A DNA stretch of 64,000 nt from Oscillospiraceae bacterium (GTDB lineage: Bacteria; Bacillota; Clostridia; Oscillospirales; JAAYXM01), in contig JAFSEA010000027.1 in assembly GCA_017435965.1 (NCBI GenBank), forward strand, positions 21,319 to 85,318. Direction: 5' to 3'. This document shows, piece after piece, positions 50,501-59,140 of this stretch (the first letter of the stretch is position 1; every line of letters begins with the position of its first letter). The notes beneath the pieces were generated by a model. It did not search any database. It was not told the origin of the DNA and worked only from the letters and a program-made list of their open reading frames with translations. A program made the translations under genes and the position numbers.

Positions 50501-53315
50501 ACCTACTCATGTCTGCCGCAATGCTATCGCTCATAATTCCTTCAACAGAAATCTGAGCTGTGTCACCCGGAAGAAGAACCGATTTATCTGCAGTTACGGT
50601 GATGCTTTCAAGCACGGGAGCATCTTCAATTTCAACATCAACACTTCCGGTAACCTGCTTTCCCTTTGAAACTGCAGTTACCGTAATTTCAGCTATTCCC
50701 TTTGAAACACCGGTCACAACACCTGTTTCGCTGTCAACTGTAGCAATGTTCTCATTATTACTTGCAAAAGAAACTTCTGTTTCCTCTGTCCATTCTTCCT
50801 CGAGATTGCTTATAAGCTCATATGCAACCGTCGCCGTTCTCGTTGCAGGAATTGTTTCTTTGTCAACTGACACCTTGACAGTTGCAAGCTCGGGAACGGG
50901 ATATGTCTTAAGAGGAATTGTTTCCGTATAAGAATTATTACCGTCAACATTTACGGTGATTTTAATATTTGTTTCGCCTACTGTCTTTGCATTTACCGCA
51001 AACACAATATCAGTTTCATTTTCAGGCTGTGCATATTTAACATCCGAAACCGTTGCGACATCCTCATTCTCAACAGTTACAGAAACAGTATTCTTCAAAT
51101 CTTGTGAAGCATCGTCGGAAAGACCGAAGCCACGGTATGAACCATCGGACATCTTAACCTGCGCAGTAAGTTCTGTGGTGTTACCCACCGAAATTCTTCC
51201 GAATTCCGAAACTTCAACTTTTTCGGTTTCAGGCTTACTTTCAACAGGTGTAAACTCCATCCATATCGGAAGAAGGTTCGGTGTTGCATAATGCTTTACT
51301 CTTGTGCGGAAGGAGATTTCAACGTCTCCTGCAGGAATATAAAGTGTGTTAAGTTGCTTCTTTTCTCCTACAGAAAGAGCCGCATCCGCCTCGTAAACAT
51401 TATAGTCACCGGCATACTGTCCGTTTACATAAATCGCGAAATCAGAACCTGCATACCATTTATATCCGAGCATTTCAATTGCGTAGTAGCCCGCTGCAGC
51501 AAAGTTCTTGCGAACGGTAAACATCGCATTTACGCGATCTTCCTCTTCCCTGTTCTGCCACGGGTCTCCCGGAATCTGAATCTGCTGATAAGGAAGGGTC
51601 ATTCCGTTTGCAAGAGCAACAGAGCTCTTTCTTGCAATATTCGTTGTTGTTTTTTCAGGGACTATATCAAAACCATATGTACTCCAGGTTGAAGGTGCTG
51701 TTTTGTCCTTGCCTATCGTATGTGTTCCGTTGAGATCAAGACGAGTATATGCAGGCTTTGTTTCATCAACGGGAGTGAGAGTTATTCCCGAAAGAAGGAA
51801 CATCTGGAATGTGGTTGAACTTCTGTACCAGCTCTTTGCATTTCTCGCAATGGAATCCGCATCAACATCAAACATGAGGTAATATTCTCCCGCTTTGGGA
51901 ACTTCAATATAACCTATATCGGTTACATACGGGGTATTCTCATCAGTTGCAAGGTTATTTACATCGTAAAAACCGACTTCATCAGCAACAGCTACAAAGT
52001 CACCGAAGGTTGCACCGTTTGTTATTGTGCCGCTTGAAGCTTTATTGGTTGTTGCAAAGTTTACGTTGCCGAAATACACCTTTGCTACTACACCCTTATC
52101 AAAAACACCCTTTACAGCGCCGTTCTTCTGCTCGCCGCTGTTAGTGACACCTACAACCGTAGAATGAGAGCTTGTGAATGCATTGACTGCCGAAAGCTTG
52201 AATCTGCCTCCATATGGGACATTGAGCTTCATTACAAACCACGGTCTGGTTGCATAGCTTTCTGCCTCATAGTTGTTTCCTGCGCTGTCATTTGCTATTT
52301 TAAGCTGTGCCGCATAGCCCGAATCCGCAATAAACGGACTGTTGTCCTGAGGAACACATCCGAGAATTTCATATCCTTCGGTCTTTGCAAGATCTATCAT
52401 CGGAGCTGTGCCGGATATCTTTTCCTTGAAGCTTACATACATAAGCTCAAGATTATCAATCACATTGCCCTGAGATGATGCAGTTGATGCCTGAAGTGCA
52501 CCGTAGTTTGTTATTGCATCCTCGTGGTATGCATTTGGCGTTATATCATATACTATCGGTTCTTTCTCACTTATTGCCGCATTTGAAAAAGAAAAAGAAC
52601 GAAGCTTGAGAGTATAGAAGTATCTGCTGTTTGATGAATATATATCTTTTTTCGCATTTGCATTTGCACCGTTGTGAAGAAAAACAAGATAATATTTCTT
52701 GCTTGAATCAACAGAAACCTTATCAAAGCTTACTGTTTTAAGCTCGCCGTTTCCGTATGCATCAAAAGAACCAATCTTTGTTGTTGCATACTTTGCGGCA
52801 ACATTATTTCTGATTGCCTTGTTTCCGTAAGCAATTGTCGGGCATTGCCACGAGCTTGCGGGAGCTTCAAAAAGAAGCACATCATACTTACCACCTGAAT
52901 TTTCTGTAAGGAAGCTTACATTCGGAACAAAAGTTCCTGTTTCAGACGGTGAAATTTCAAATATTATTGTTCTGACAGTCGCCTGAGTTCCATCAAAATC
53001 AGGGGAAGCTGTATCGGCAACGTTTACTGTCCACAAAAAATTATTTATATCGGCAGAAACGGTTGAGCCGGAAGCCTGATTAACGAACCCCCATTTGCTT
53101 GTAATTCCGTCTTTTGCGGAATCAAATGTGAAATCCGTGGAGGTTGTCGTACTGTTGTACATACCCGTCAGAGCAAAGAAACCGTGTGACGGAGCCGTGA
53201 ACACGTATTCATCCACGATGTTTTCGCTTTCTGCCGATGCAAATAAACTCATCGCCGGAAGCATGGAAATCACCATTGCGATTGTGAGAATAAGTGATAA
53301 TAATCTTCTCTTCAT
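44577..53315 (-). CDS. 2912-aa secreted SLH-anchored multidomain protein with a heparinase II/III-like lyase module
   Basis: Signal peptide; Big_2-like repeats (SNNENIATVD..TGVVT); two CBM-like sandwiches; alpha-helical region with CRYC/CPDC; HAHLDTL...PDLGY...TISHNTVVVDG (Hepar_II_III); He_PIG-like LPRGATLN..TG; G/T/P linker; SLH motifs (FTDL..H.WA, ITRADFA, TTRAEVA). Confidence 0.85.
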   Translation of the reverse strand: MKRRLLSLILTIAMVISMLPAMSLFASAESENIVDEYVFTAPSHGFFALTGMYNSTTTSTDFTFDSAKDGITSKWGFVNQASGSTVSADINNFLWTVNVADTASPDFDGTQATVRTIIFEISPSETGTFVPNVSFLTENSGGKYDVLLFEAPASSWQCPTIAYGNKAIRNNVAAKYATTKIGSFDAYGNGELKTVSFDKVSVDSSKKYYLVFLHNGANANAKKDIYSSNSRYFYTLKLRSFSFSNAAISEKEPIVYDITPNAYHEDAITNYGALQASTASSQGNVIDNLELMYVSFKEKISGTAPMIDLAKTEGYEILGCVPQDNSPFIADSGYAAQLKIANDSAGNNYEAESYATRPWFVMKLNVPYGGRFKLSAVNAFTSSHSTVVGVTNSGEQKNGAVKGVFDKGVVAKVYFGNVNFATTNKASSGTITNGATFGDFVAVADEVGFYDVNNLATDENTPYVTDIGYIEVPKAGEYYLMFDVDADSIARNAKSWYRSSTTFQMFLLSGITLTPVDETKPAYTRLDLNGTHTIGKDKTAPSTWSTYGFDIVPEKTTTNIARKSSVALANGMTLPYQQIQIPGDPWQNREEEDRVNAMFTVRKNFAAAGYYAIEMLGYKWYAGSDFAIYVNGQYAGDYNVYEADAALSVGEKKQLNTLYIPAGDVEISFRTRVKHYATPNLLPIWMEFTPVESKPETEKVEVSEFGRISVGNTTELTAQVKMSDGSYRGFGLSDDASQDLKNTVSVTVENEDVATVSDVKYAQPENETDIVFAVNAKTVGETNIKITVNVDGNNSYTETIPLKTYPVPELATVKVSVDKETIPATRTATVAYELISNLEEEWTEETEVSFASNNENIATVDSETGVVTGVSKGIAEITVTAVSKGKQVTGSVDVEIEDAPVLESITVTADKSVLLPGDTAQISVEGIMSDSIAADMSRYTVSYKSSNIATATVDKTTGVVTTIAAGMTVITAEAENEDGTKISGKLTLNVYDTFPSIKVDFSESTYNGDRSAPTKTPGYTIVREESDTTMWRLGSCTNTGFKAAYIWVRGGMWPATSKITNNAVTLLVDIPYEHDFNLKVHGGVWNVGGKFSVFVDDVYAGDVNCYDPDATAMFDTGELSLNTLHLTAGEHKISFRAREKHYSAGAILVIGTIAFDPVAESGTVYEKIAYEIPEEIAIGETVQGTVYASMTDGSALHFGINNDGSSDTSNSAAVSILDTDVLGVSGFASYTMGKTGKLPFDITGKAEGQTEISLSVTVGGVTSTETVVVSVVDDPIASVTAKTVAEEVFLGDTAILEGEVKLRSGRIISKENAPITYTSSDETVATVSGDAIKTLSVGKTTITATATFNGETKNYSFDVEVLPEGMTDITATSGGSPRIRLTDDESDRYPLYVSATTNLGNEMDLSDAEITATALTPEFATIAYEQYPNETGEWANYIRPVADGTARFEVTVKVGGRIRTKVIEIPVVTAKTEASYMTAEKQSIARENIGKYDWAKATADTYIKTADKYVDKLDEIYSLIASQEVPRSFSVGAEKDPYMYTCRYCGVNLQEKYGNYPWVHNSIIRPWKIQCPDCKRVFPSNDFESFYKLGLNEYGEFIYQDALDAHRELFGDKSVTEPGVQNSAQWKAYYGYGVPGGYLTNNLYKDVESSTTINCGQGLRPGETVETWGVDDGYGYVPSKEDGEAYLSGTVAERHLYIAEFMHYGVFHNKTPDSNGGVLTNAIVNCAYAYYFTGEKKYGRVAAILLDRVADLYRDYDIKAFGNDVWNSDGGSNQGKRLGCIWECTILTNEIPTYDMVYDMYEDSQVLNYIAKNNRSRYAKQTAAQIRQNVEDNFIRGALDEVYNRKIHGNFGMSQRIVAMAAVILDSYPETQEWIDYLMAPGWTTDVPVVGGGINEVLIEKICADGHSNEASDYGLLWLSGVSMVNNVLSGYDKYEGMKLSENPKYQQMFLALLPLRAANSYSPQIGDGGNTADLSHWANAGHMKAAYTQTKEPVFAQYLYMLNGNSVADLKYDMYTKNPESLADEVQAIIDEYGTVYLDSDIQTGFGYSILRDGYSYEDNITDATAQETTRNVWMYFGSNGVSHAHLDTLNIGMTAFGLNILPDLGYPEQTGNDPNRIQWVRNTISHNTVVVDGKKQTENSEIRGKVKHYDDAGQVQVIDVDTSYVYDETEQYRRSVVMINVDDANSYYVDLFRILGGQSHIYSFHAQSNEIAETVGIETVKQADDEGNYIGTYAGADVPYGQDPDTVSNSWDYPTKYPIGFTWLENVDRDENPENKFEIDFAIKDFNKAVKDSKDIHLRLTMLNGTNVADGADVNVAITDGYAPRIAANKNIDKLKYVLIENENNNEELDTVFTTVLEPYKGSRILKSADELTMSVIDGKEKKNDAARAVKVTLASGRVDYIFYATNNAVTYTVTDGETQLSFRGFVGVYSVENGKNTYKYVIDGDIIGEELETKPAIVGTVRNFTKELSAENTIEISTEEAVSDAELASLANRVVIIDNETGMRDGAYKILSAERSGENIVLNTGRVSMIRKYVDMYQPELGYVYTIAEGQDAVIPLSVSDDKSPEFDALPDNLTASAGSMMTLTINATSELEDVGITYSGTSLPRGATLNENTGIISWKPTASQVGNNHFAVTATDSDGRATTIHFVVRVYGSTTDNGNAGTTTEPTTPSTPDKPSTPGTESGETGSTDESGGSSGGGAGGSGGGTGGGGATTPTTPETPDVPETTIRFTDLGAHAWAADAINALADKGIIKGTSDTTYSPAKNITRADFAILLVRAFEKESDNTENFADVSESDYFAKELAIARNTGLVGGVGDNKFAPRDNIKRCDMMLMVYRVIKDTEAFVGADIIRPDNADFNSVPDYAKEAVSALIGAGLVNGKNNLIAPLDNTTRAEVAVLLQRVLDFVAEK
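44751..44774 (-). repeat. GTAG-type REP-like palindrome inside the CDS
   Basis: Minus strand GTAG-GGGCGGAT-ATC-ATCCGCCC-G, encoding VGADIIRP between SLH repeats. Confidence 0.65.
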
Positions 53316-53337
53316 AATTTTCCTCCTTAGTCAACTT

Positions 53338-53363
53338 TAGGGGAAGAAACAAGTCTTCCCCTT
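53338..53363 (-). other. intra-operon stem-loop without a U tract
   Basis: AGGGGAAGA / TCTTCCCCT inverted repeat between the two secreted-protein genes. Confidence 0.5.
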
Positions 53364-53369
53364 ATGTTT

Positions 53370-55928
53370 TTATTTACTGTAAATTACGTTTCCGTTTGAA
53401 AGAATCGCATATCCGACTGCATCTCCGGTTACGTCATCAATTACCGAGAATGTATCTCCTTCTGTCTTCATCGAAACCTTATGGCTTGCATCGTCAAGAC
53501 TTGTTCCGAAAAGGATTCCTTTTTCGATTACATCGGAAACTCCGATAAACTCTGCAACAACTGCAGTTTCTGTTCCTACCAGTCTCGTTCCGATAATGAT
53601 TTTTCTGATTGTATCGGCAACAGGAAGATAATCATTATAAACCGCTGTTACGGTTGTATCCTTATATGCCTTGAAGCTATAGGAAAGGTCGAAGCTTACT
53701 ATCTCTCCGTCCTTTTCCCAATAGTTAAAGAGTTTTGTTCCGTTTCTTAAGGCTGCGGTTGCTGTTACTGTTTCACCGTATACAGGTGCGGCGTTGTCTA
53801 CAGTTCCGTTAGCTACCGTTACATCAAAGGTTTCGGACGGTTCATCGACATATTCCGCAACAAAGCGCATCAATCTTCCGCTTGCCTTTACTTCATCTGC
53901 TGATGTGTAGGTCTCGCCGTCTGTGTCAAGTGTCCAGCCCATTGCAGTTCCAAAGCCTGCAAGGCTCGGAAGTGATTCAAGAGTTATTACTGCACCTTCT
54001 TCATATTGACTGCGTGAGATTTCATCACCGTTTGCGTTGTAGAAAACAACATCTGTTTTCTCGGCACTATTGTCTGCATAAACAGCGGTGAGCCACATAG
54101 GACCTTTTTCAGCCTTAAGTGAGAGATTTGTATCATAAGAAACAATCTTCTTATATTCTCCGATTCCCTGTGCCCAATAGAGGAATGTATATCCGTCTTT
54201 TTCGGGAGCTGTATATGCAATTTCAGCACCCACAGCCATATCTTCCGTCTTTAATGTGGTTGCATCTACACCACAGAGGATTTTTACATTTGATGTTGTA
54301 TTTGCCGGAGTTTTTTCAACAGCATTGCCTGCATCAACGTTTACGATCGAGTCGTAGGAGGACTGAATTTCTTCAAGTTCTGCAACTGTGGGAGATACAG
54401 GAGTGAGTTCAATACCTGAAAGAAGGAAGAGCTGGTTCAATCCATTTTTATAATTCCAATATTGAGAGTTGGCCTCTCCTGCTGCGGAATCAATATCAAA
54501 GAAAATATAGTATTCGCCTGATGAAAGTTCAACTGTTCCTATTTCTGTTTCGACCGGAGCATCAGCACTTACCGCAAGTGTTCTGCAATCATATGATCCT
54601 ATCTTGCTATTTTCAGAAAAGCCCAATGAACCTGTATTGTTTACATAGTTATTAGTGCCACTTTGATCATACTTGCAAGCGGTTGTTGCTTTTACCATAT
54701 GTACTGTTGCTACAGTACCCTGTTCCACATAATTATTGCTTATTTTTGCCCTGCTACTACTTGCCGTTTTCGCAGTATCCGCAGTAAACGCATTTAACGC
54801 AGTAACTTTGTATTCCCCACCAATCGGAACGTTAAGTTTTAACAGGCAGAATGGTCTTTTGTTATAACCTTCATTAAAATATAATGTTGTTACCGCCTCG
54901 GCAGTATCAGTCGCCGCAGTATATAAACCGACCTTAAGATGAGAAGCAAAACCGGCATCGTAGAGAGTCGGACTTGTGTCGAGTTTATAGTTTCTTCCTG
55001 TGAACGCAAAACCATCTGTTTTAGCCGTGTCTATCGCAGGAGTTTTTCCACTTATAGTTTCTTCCCAGCTTATGTATCTAAGATGTCCATTTGCAGCTGT
55101 TGAATAATCAGGATAATCAGTTTCATATGTATCACTCAACACTGTTTTTGAAATATTATACTTATAAAACGGGGCTAATGCGGATGCACTATCCTTCATT
55201 GCAAATGAAACAAGCTTCAAAGAACCATATTGTTTTCCACTTTTTATTGTTGTATCACCTTTCCAGTTATCATCAACACCGTTTGCAACAATAACAAAAT
55301 AATACGTTCCTGCCTCAATTTCTTTTTTAGGGAAAGCTTCTGTTCTCAACTCACCCTCACCGTACGTATTGATTGTTCCTATACGATACTTTGAATCAAG
55401 ACTCGCAAATTGAATACGAGCCGCTTTGATAGCATAATTCTTTTCCCATTCATATAATGTCTTATCTTTTTTATTTATCAAATAAAGCTCATATTTTGCT
55501 CCGGAAGGATCTGTTACATATGTAATATTCGGAAAGAATTCTCCCGATGTATCCGCGACAAGTTCGAGAGAAAGAGCCTTTGCCCTTGCCCTGTCGGCGT
55601 CTGATATATCAATAGCAGGTGTTGATGCTGTTGCATCATAGTTGATATAAATAAAATCTCCTTTCAGAAAATTATCCGACAAGCTTGCCTGATTTGAAAA
55701 GCCCCAGCTATCCGAAATTCCAGCAACCGTTGCTTCGCTTTCAATAGCCCAAGCTTCGCTTTCTGTAGTTGCCGGATTATACATACGCGTGTCTTCTGTC
55801 AATCCATGTGAAGCGAAATTGAACACCCATTCATTTCCGTTTCCGGTCTCGACCTCTGCTGCAAAAGCTGCCGGGATAAGTCCGATAACCAATGCTGCTG
55901 CGAGGATAAGGGATAATACTTTTTTCAT
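53370..55928 (-). CDS. 852-aa secreted protein; N-terminal module paralogous to the 2912-aa protein, C-terminal B-repeat-like domains
   Basis: Signal peptide MKKVLSLILA..AFA; shared motifs SHG, WGF.NQAS, KLNVP.GG, FLLSGI.LTPV; C-terminal GYTFLYW and FNYWEKDG repeats. Confidence 0.75.
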   Translation of the reverse strand: MKKVLSLILAAALVIGLIPAAFAAEVETGNGNEWVFNFASHGLTEDTRMYNPATTESEAWAIESEATVAGISDSWGFSNQASLSDNFLKGDFIYINYDATASTPAIDISDADRARAKALSLELVADTSGEFFPNITYVTDPSGAKYELYLINKKDKTLYEWEKNYAIKAARIQFASLDSKYRIGTINTYGEGELRTEAFPKKEIEAGTYYFVIVANGVDDNWKGDTTIKSGKQYGSLKLVSFAMKDSASALAPFYKYNISKTVLSDTYETDYPDYSTAANGHLRYISWEETISGKTPAIDTAKTDGFAFTGRNYKLDTSPTLYDAGFASHLKVGLYTAATDTAEAVTTLYFNEGYNKRPFCLLKLNVPIGGEYKVTALNAFTADTAKTASSSRAKISNNYVEQGTVATVHMVKATTACKYDQSGTNNYVNNTGSLGFSENSKIGSYDCRTLAVSADAPVETEIGTVELSSGEYYIFFDIDSAAGEANSQYWNYKNGLNQLFLLSGIELTPVSPTVAELEEIQSSYDSIVNVDAGNAVEKTPANTTSNVKILCGVDATTLKTEDMAVGAEIAYTAPEKDGYTFLYWAQGIGEYKKIVSYDTNLSLKAEKGPMWLTAVYADNSAEKTDVVFYNANGDEISRSQYEEGAVITLESLPSLAGFGTAMGWTLDTDGETYTSADEVKASGRLMRFVAEYVDEPSETFDVTVANGTVDNAAPVYGETVTATAALRNGTKLFNYWEKDGEIVSFDLSYSFKAYKDTTVTAVYNDYLPVADTIRKIIIGTRLVGTETAVVAEFIGVSDVIEKGILFGTSLDDASHKVSMKTEGDTFSVIDDVTGDAVGYAILSNGNVIYSK

Positions 55929-55969
55929 TTTCTTTTCCTCCTGTTATTTTATATCTATATCAGAGCTTT

Positions 55970-56842
55970 TCACTCTTTGATACGTTTTAAGTATGCACCG
56001 GGAGTCATTCCCATACGCTTTGAAAACGTCTTTGAAAAATGACTTTCCGACTCGAAAGAAAGATATTCCGCTATCTGTGTGAAATTAAGCGGCGTTTCTT
56101 CGATAAGCTGTTTTGCACGCTCAATTTTCATATCAATAAAATAGTCTATTATTCCCCTGCCGTACTTTTTCGTAAATTCACGGCGGATATAAGGAACACT
56201 CAAAGACAGTTCTTCTGCTATTCTCGAAAGAGTAACCCTTTCGGTAACATGAGTCTTTAAAAACGACATAACCTTTTCGTCTATCGACATACGATGAGAA
56301 ATAAAGTTTTTCCCATCACTTTCCATCATCTGTGCTTCAATAAGCTTTATAAAGAAAATCTCAACTCTGTTCTTTAAGGTCTGAACCCTTCCTTTTGTTA
56401 TCCCATCACGAATGCGGCTACCCGAATCAACGCTTGTTTCGGGCATAAGCTCAAAGCATTCACGACTTTCCTCGGCAAGCTCTGCAACAAGCTCCTTTTC
56501 ATCTTCGGAAAGCTCCATAACCCGTGAGGAAAGCATATAAAGTTCTTCCGTGCGAAGAACAGTAAAGCCCATAATGAAGCATTCGGTATCATCTTCTGCA
56601 GAAAAAAGGCTATGAACCACACCGGGAGGCACCATATAATACTGCCCCGGCTTTATAACAATCTCCTTGCCGTCAATTTTACTTGTCCTGCTTCCCTTTA
56701 TGACATACTGAAACTCAAAAAAATCGTGACGCTCGGGAGGATACGGCAGAGGAAAATCCACCTTATACTCATTGAACATAACAAATTTTTCGATAGTAAA
56801 AAAGTTTACGGCATCGGTCTTTTTATACACTTTTCTCGCCAC
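55970..56842 (-). CDS. AraC-family regulator (cupin + HTH)
   Basis: E.HDFFE..YV..G...PG..H cupin; KIERAK.L...FTQIA..L.F....HFSKTF....GMTP..Y. Confidence 0.93.
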   Translation of the reverse strand: MARKVYKKTDAVNFFTIEKFVMFNEYKVDFPLPYPPERHDFFEFQYVIKGSRTSKIDGKEIVIKPGQYYMVPPGVVHSLFSAEDDTECFIMGFTVLRTEELYMLSSRVMELSEDEKELVAELAEESRECFELMPETSVDSGSRIRDGITKGRVQTLKNRVEIFFIKLIEAQMMESDGKNFISHRMSIDEKVMSFLKTHVTERVTLSRIAEELSLSVPYIRREFTKKYGRGIIDYFIDMKIERAKQLIEETPLNFTQIAEYLSFESESHFSKTFSKRMGMTPGAYLKRIKE

Positions 56843-56901
56843 AGCTTATCACCCGCCTTGCGAACAAGCATCCGTATATGCAGATATGCTTTCTTAATTA
56901 A

Positions 56902-56966
56902 ATTTTAACATATCAGGCACACGCTGTCACGTTAAAATGTGATACAAAATATGTAAAATCTGATAC
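56902..56966 (-). promoter_or_regulatory. promoter with tandem direct-repeat operator (copy 1)
   Basis: Minus strand GTGACA (56930-56925), 17 bp, TG-T-TAAAAT (56907-56902). Plus-strand repeats TAAAATGTGATAC (56933) and TAAAATCTGATAC (56954) are 21 bp apart. Confidence 0.7.
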
Positions 56967-56982
56967 TTGTCTGTTCTGTGTC

Positions 56983-59019
56983 TTATTCTGCAATAACCAG
57001 AGCATAGCCCGAGAAAATATCTTCAGGAACGCAGATTCTTACAGTATCACCCGAAGCCTCAAAGGAAAGCGGAAGCTCATTTTCAATTTCAGGACTTGCA
57101 ATACGCACTGTTTTTGGCACAAAACCATCACAAAGCTTTACAGACAACTGAATTTCCGGAGCTTTTACGCCGTCTTTTGAGAAATCCTTGATAATATCTG
57201 TGTGCCAGACAATTCCTTCGTTTTCAGAAACTGTGTTTTTAAGGTTCATAAGGTGAATACTGAGAGCACCGGAAGTTTTGAATACAGTTGTGATGACATC
57301 TTCATTTTCACAAGTGACCGAAAGCTTCGGTTCTTTTACTATACAAGAGAACATTTCTTTAATGAAAGCTCTCTGTTCTTTTCTCTTTGAAGGTATTGTT
57401 TTTCCGGATTCGGGGATTTCCTGCCGACGTTCTGCCCACACCCATTCCTGGAAAAGCTCCATCGGGATTTGCTTGCTTGTATGTATGATTTTTCCGCTGC
57501 CGAAAGCTGTTTCCGAATCTTTTGAAAATGCAACACCTAAGGTATCTGAAAGCTCTTTTTCACTTCTCCGGCTTACATCGGACCGCTTTATTGCAAACTG
57601 TCCGCTTATAAAGAGAGTTCCGCCACGTCTTACATATTCACCCAAGTTTGCAAGCTCTTCATCGTCAAGTACCAGAACATCAGGTGCGACTACAATTTTA
57701 TGACGGCAAAGTTCTTCCACGCTGTCATTTTCCATAACCATATCAACGCCGAGGTTTGAAAAATATGCACCCTGAAGTCCTGCCATAAGTCGATATGAAT
57801 ATTCATGCGGATCTGCTATGCAATCACGGGTTTTAAGAGAAAAATAGAAGCTCAGATCACGGTATTTTTTCGGCATAGTATAATATTTTGAATATTTCTT
57901 TTCAAAATCGCGGTAAGGCTTTTCAAGATCGGAAATATCGTGACCTTCGTGTGTTCCCGTATACATCTGCCCCCAGGAACGAGAAAGTGCCCAGGCAAAG
58001 TACACGTTATCGGGGCGATCCGGATAGAAAAGCGACATAGACGGAACACCGCGTCGTTCTGCCGCCGCAAAGCGATGGACAGATTCCGCGAAATAGTCGG
58101 GATATGATTCCTTCATAACGGAGGAGAAGCAGTTTTCCTGCATTATAACATCCCACATATCCAGGCAACGGTCAAAAGAATAGAAGGAGTTGTTTTCGCG
58201 GAGAACCGTTGAGGCATAGTTCCAGCGCATAAGAGAAACGCCCTCGGACTCATAAAGCCTTGTGAGATCGCGGTACATCTCTGCCGTGCTCTCAAACTTA
58301 AACATCTTCCACGCAACAAAAACGGGGTCATCATAGTTATTTATAAACTTATCCCAGTTCTCGGGAGACGGAAGAGTATAGCCCGTTTTTTCAAAGAACT
58401 TTTTGCGGCAATGCTCGCAGGCGCAGGCATTTTCTCCAAAAAACTGGATATCGTCATTCATAATACCGTCGATTCCCGTCTTGCAGATATCCTTCATATG
58501 ATTGAAATATACCTCGCGGTAGTCCGGGTTATTGAAGCACAGTGCATATGCGCCATAGCGGTTTACAACAGGCTCACCTGTTGCGCCGTCTATCTGCAGG
58601 AATGTTCTTATATTCTTGCCCTCAATCATAAAATCGGTGGTGAGGAATGGGAAAATTTTCTTCCACGTGTCATAGCTTACGGGACCGCCTGAGCTATAAG
58701 TTGCGCGCATATTCTCAAACTGCTTCCAGCCGTTCGGCGACAGAAAAGCAAAGGTGAGATGTGCGCTTGCGTGCTCGTGTACACGAAGTCCAACTTTATG
58801 GCAGGCAACAACCACCTTGCGGACAGCCTCGATGATTTCCTTCCAATAAGGATAGAAGGTGAATCGGAAATGGGTTATGCCGAAGTTTTCAACATCGGTC
58901 ACTCCGTTATCCTTCATCATCTGCGCCTGACGGTCAAAATCCTCTTGTGTATATTTAAAAATCTGCTCATCATTGAGCCAGAACCAGCTTAAATTTGCAT
59001 CCCATAAATTCTTTTGCAT
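56983..59019 (-). CDS. putative glycoside hydrolase (TIM barrel, GH42/GHL6-like, with trimerisation-type domain)
   Basis: LCFNNPDYR, GIDGIMNDD, CACEHCRKKF Zn motif, later YVRRGGTL class-I-GAT-like domain; likely start ATG 59019. Confidence 0.6.
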   Translation of the reverse strand: MQKNLWDANLSWFWLNDEQIFKYTQEDFDRQAQMMKDNGVTDVENFGITHFRFTFYPYWKEIIEAVRKVVVACHKVGLRVHEHASAHLTFAFLSPNGWKQFENMRATYSSGGPVSYDTWKKIFPFLTTDFMIEGKNIRTFLQIDGATGEPVVNRYGAYALCFNNPDYREVYFNHMKDICKTGIDGIMNDDIQFFGENACACEHCRKKFFEKTGYTLPSPENWDKFINNYDDPVFVAWKMFKFESTAEMYRDLTRLYESEGVSLMRWNYASTVLRENNSFYSFDRCLDMWDVIMQENCFSSVMKESYPDYFAESVHRFAAAERRGVPSMSLFYPDRPDNVYFAWALSRSWGQMYTGTHEGHDISDLEKPYRDFEKKYSKYYTMPKKYRDLSFYFSLKTRDCIADPHEYSYRLMAGLQGAYFSNLGVDMVMENDSVEELCRHKIVVAPDVLVLDDEELANLGEYVRRGGTLFISGQFAIKRSDVSRRSEKELSDTLGVAFSKDSETAFGSGKIIHTSKQIPMELFQEWVWAERRQEIPESGKTIPSKRKEQRAFIKEMFSCIVKEPKLSVTCENEDVITTVFKTSGALSIHLMNLKNTVSENEGIVWHTDIIKDFSKDGVKAPEIQLSVKLCDGFVPKTVRIASPEIENELPLSFEASGDTVRICVPEDIFSGYALVIAE

Positions 59020-59051
59020 ACAACACATCCACCCTTGCAATTTTTTACTAC

Positions 59052-59115
59052 ATTGTAGCATAAGTTTTCTCTTGTGTCACGGTAAAATATGATACAAAAC
59101 CTTCAAAATGAGATT
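59052..59115 (-). promoter_or_regulatory. promoter with tandem direct-repeat operator (copy 2)
   Basis: Minus strand GTGACA (59080-59075), 17 bp, TG-C-TACAAT (59057-59052). Plus-strand repeats TAAAATATGATAC (59083) and CAAAATGAGATT (59104). Confidence 0.68.
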
Positions 59116-59140
59116 TTTTACGAATATGACAATCCCGGTT

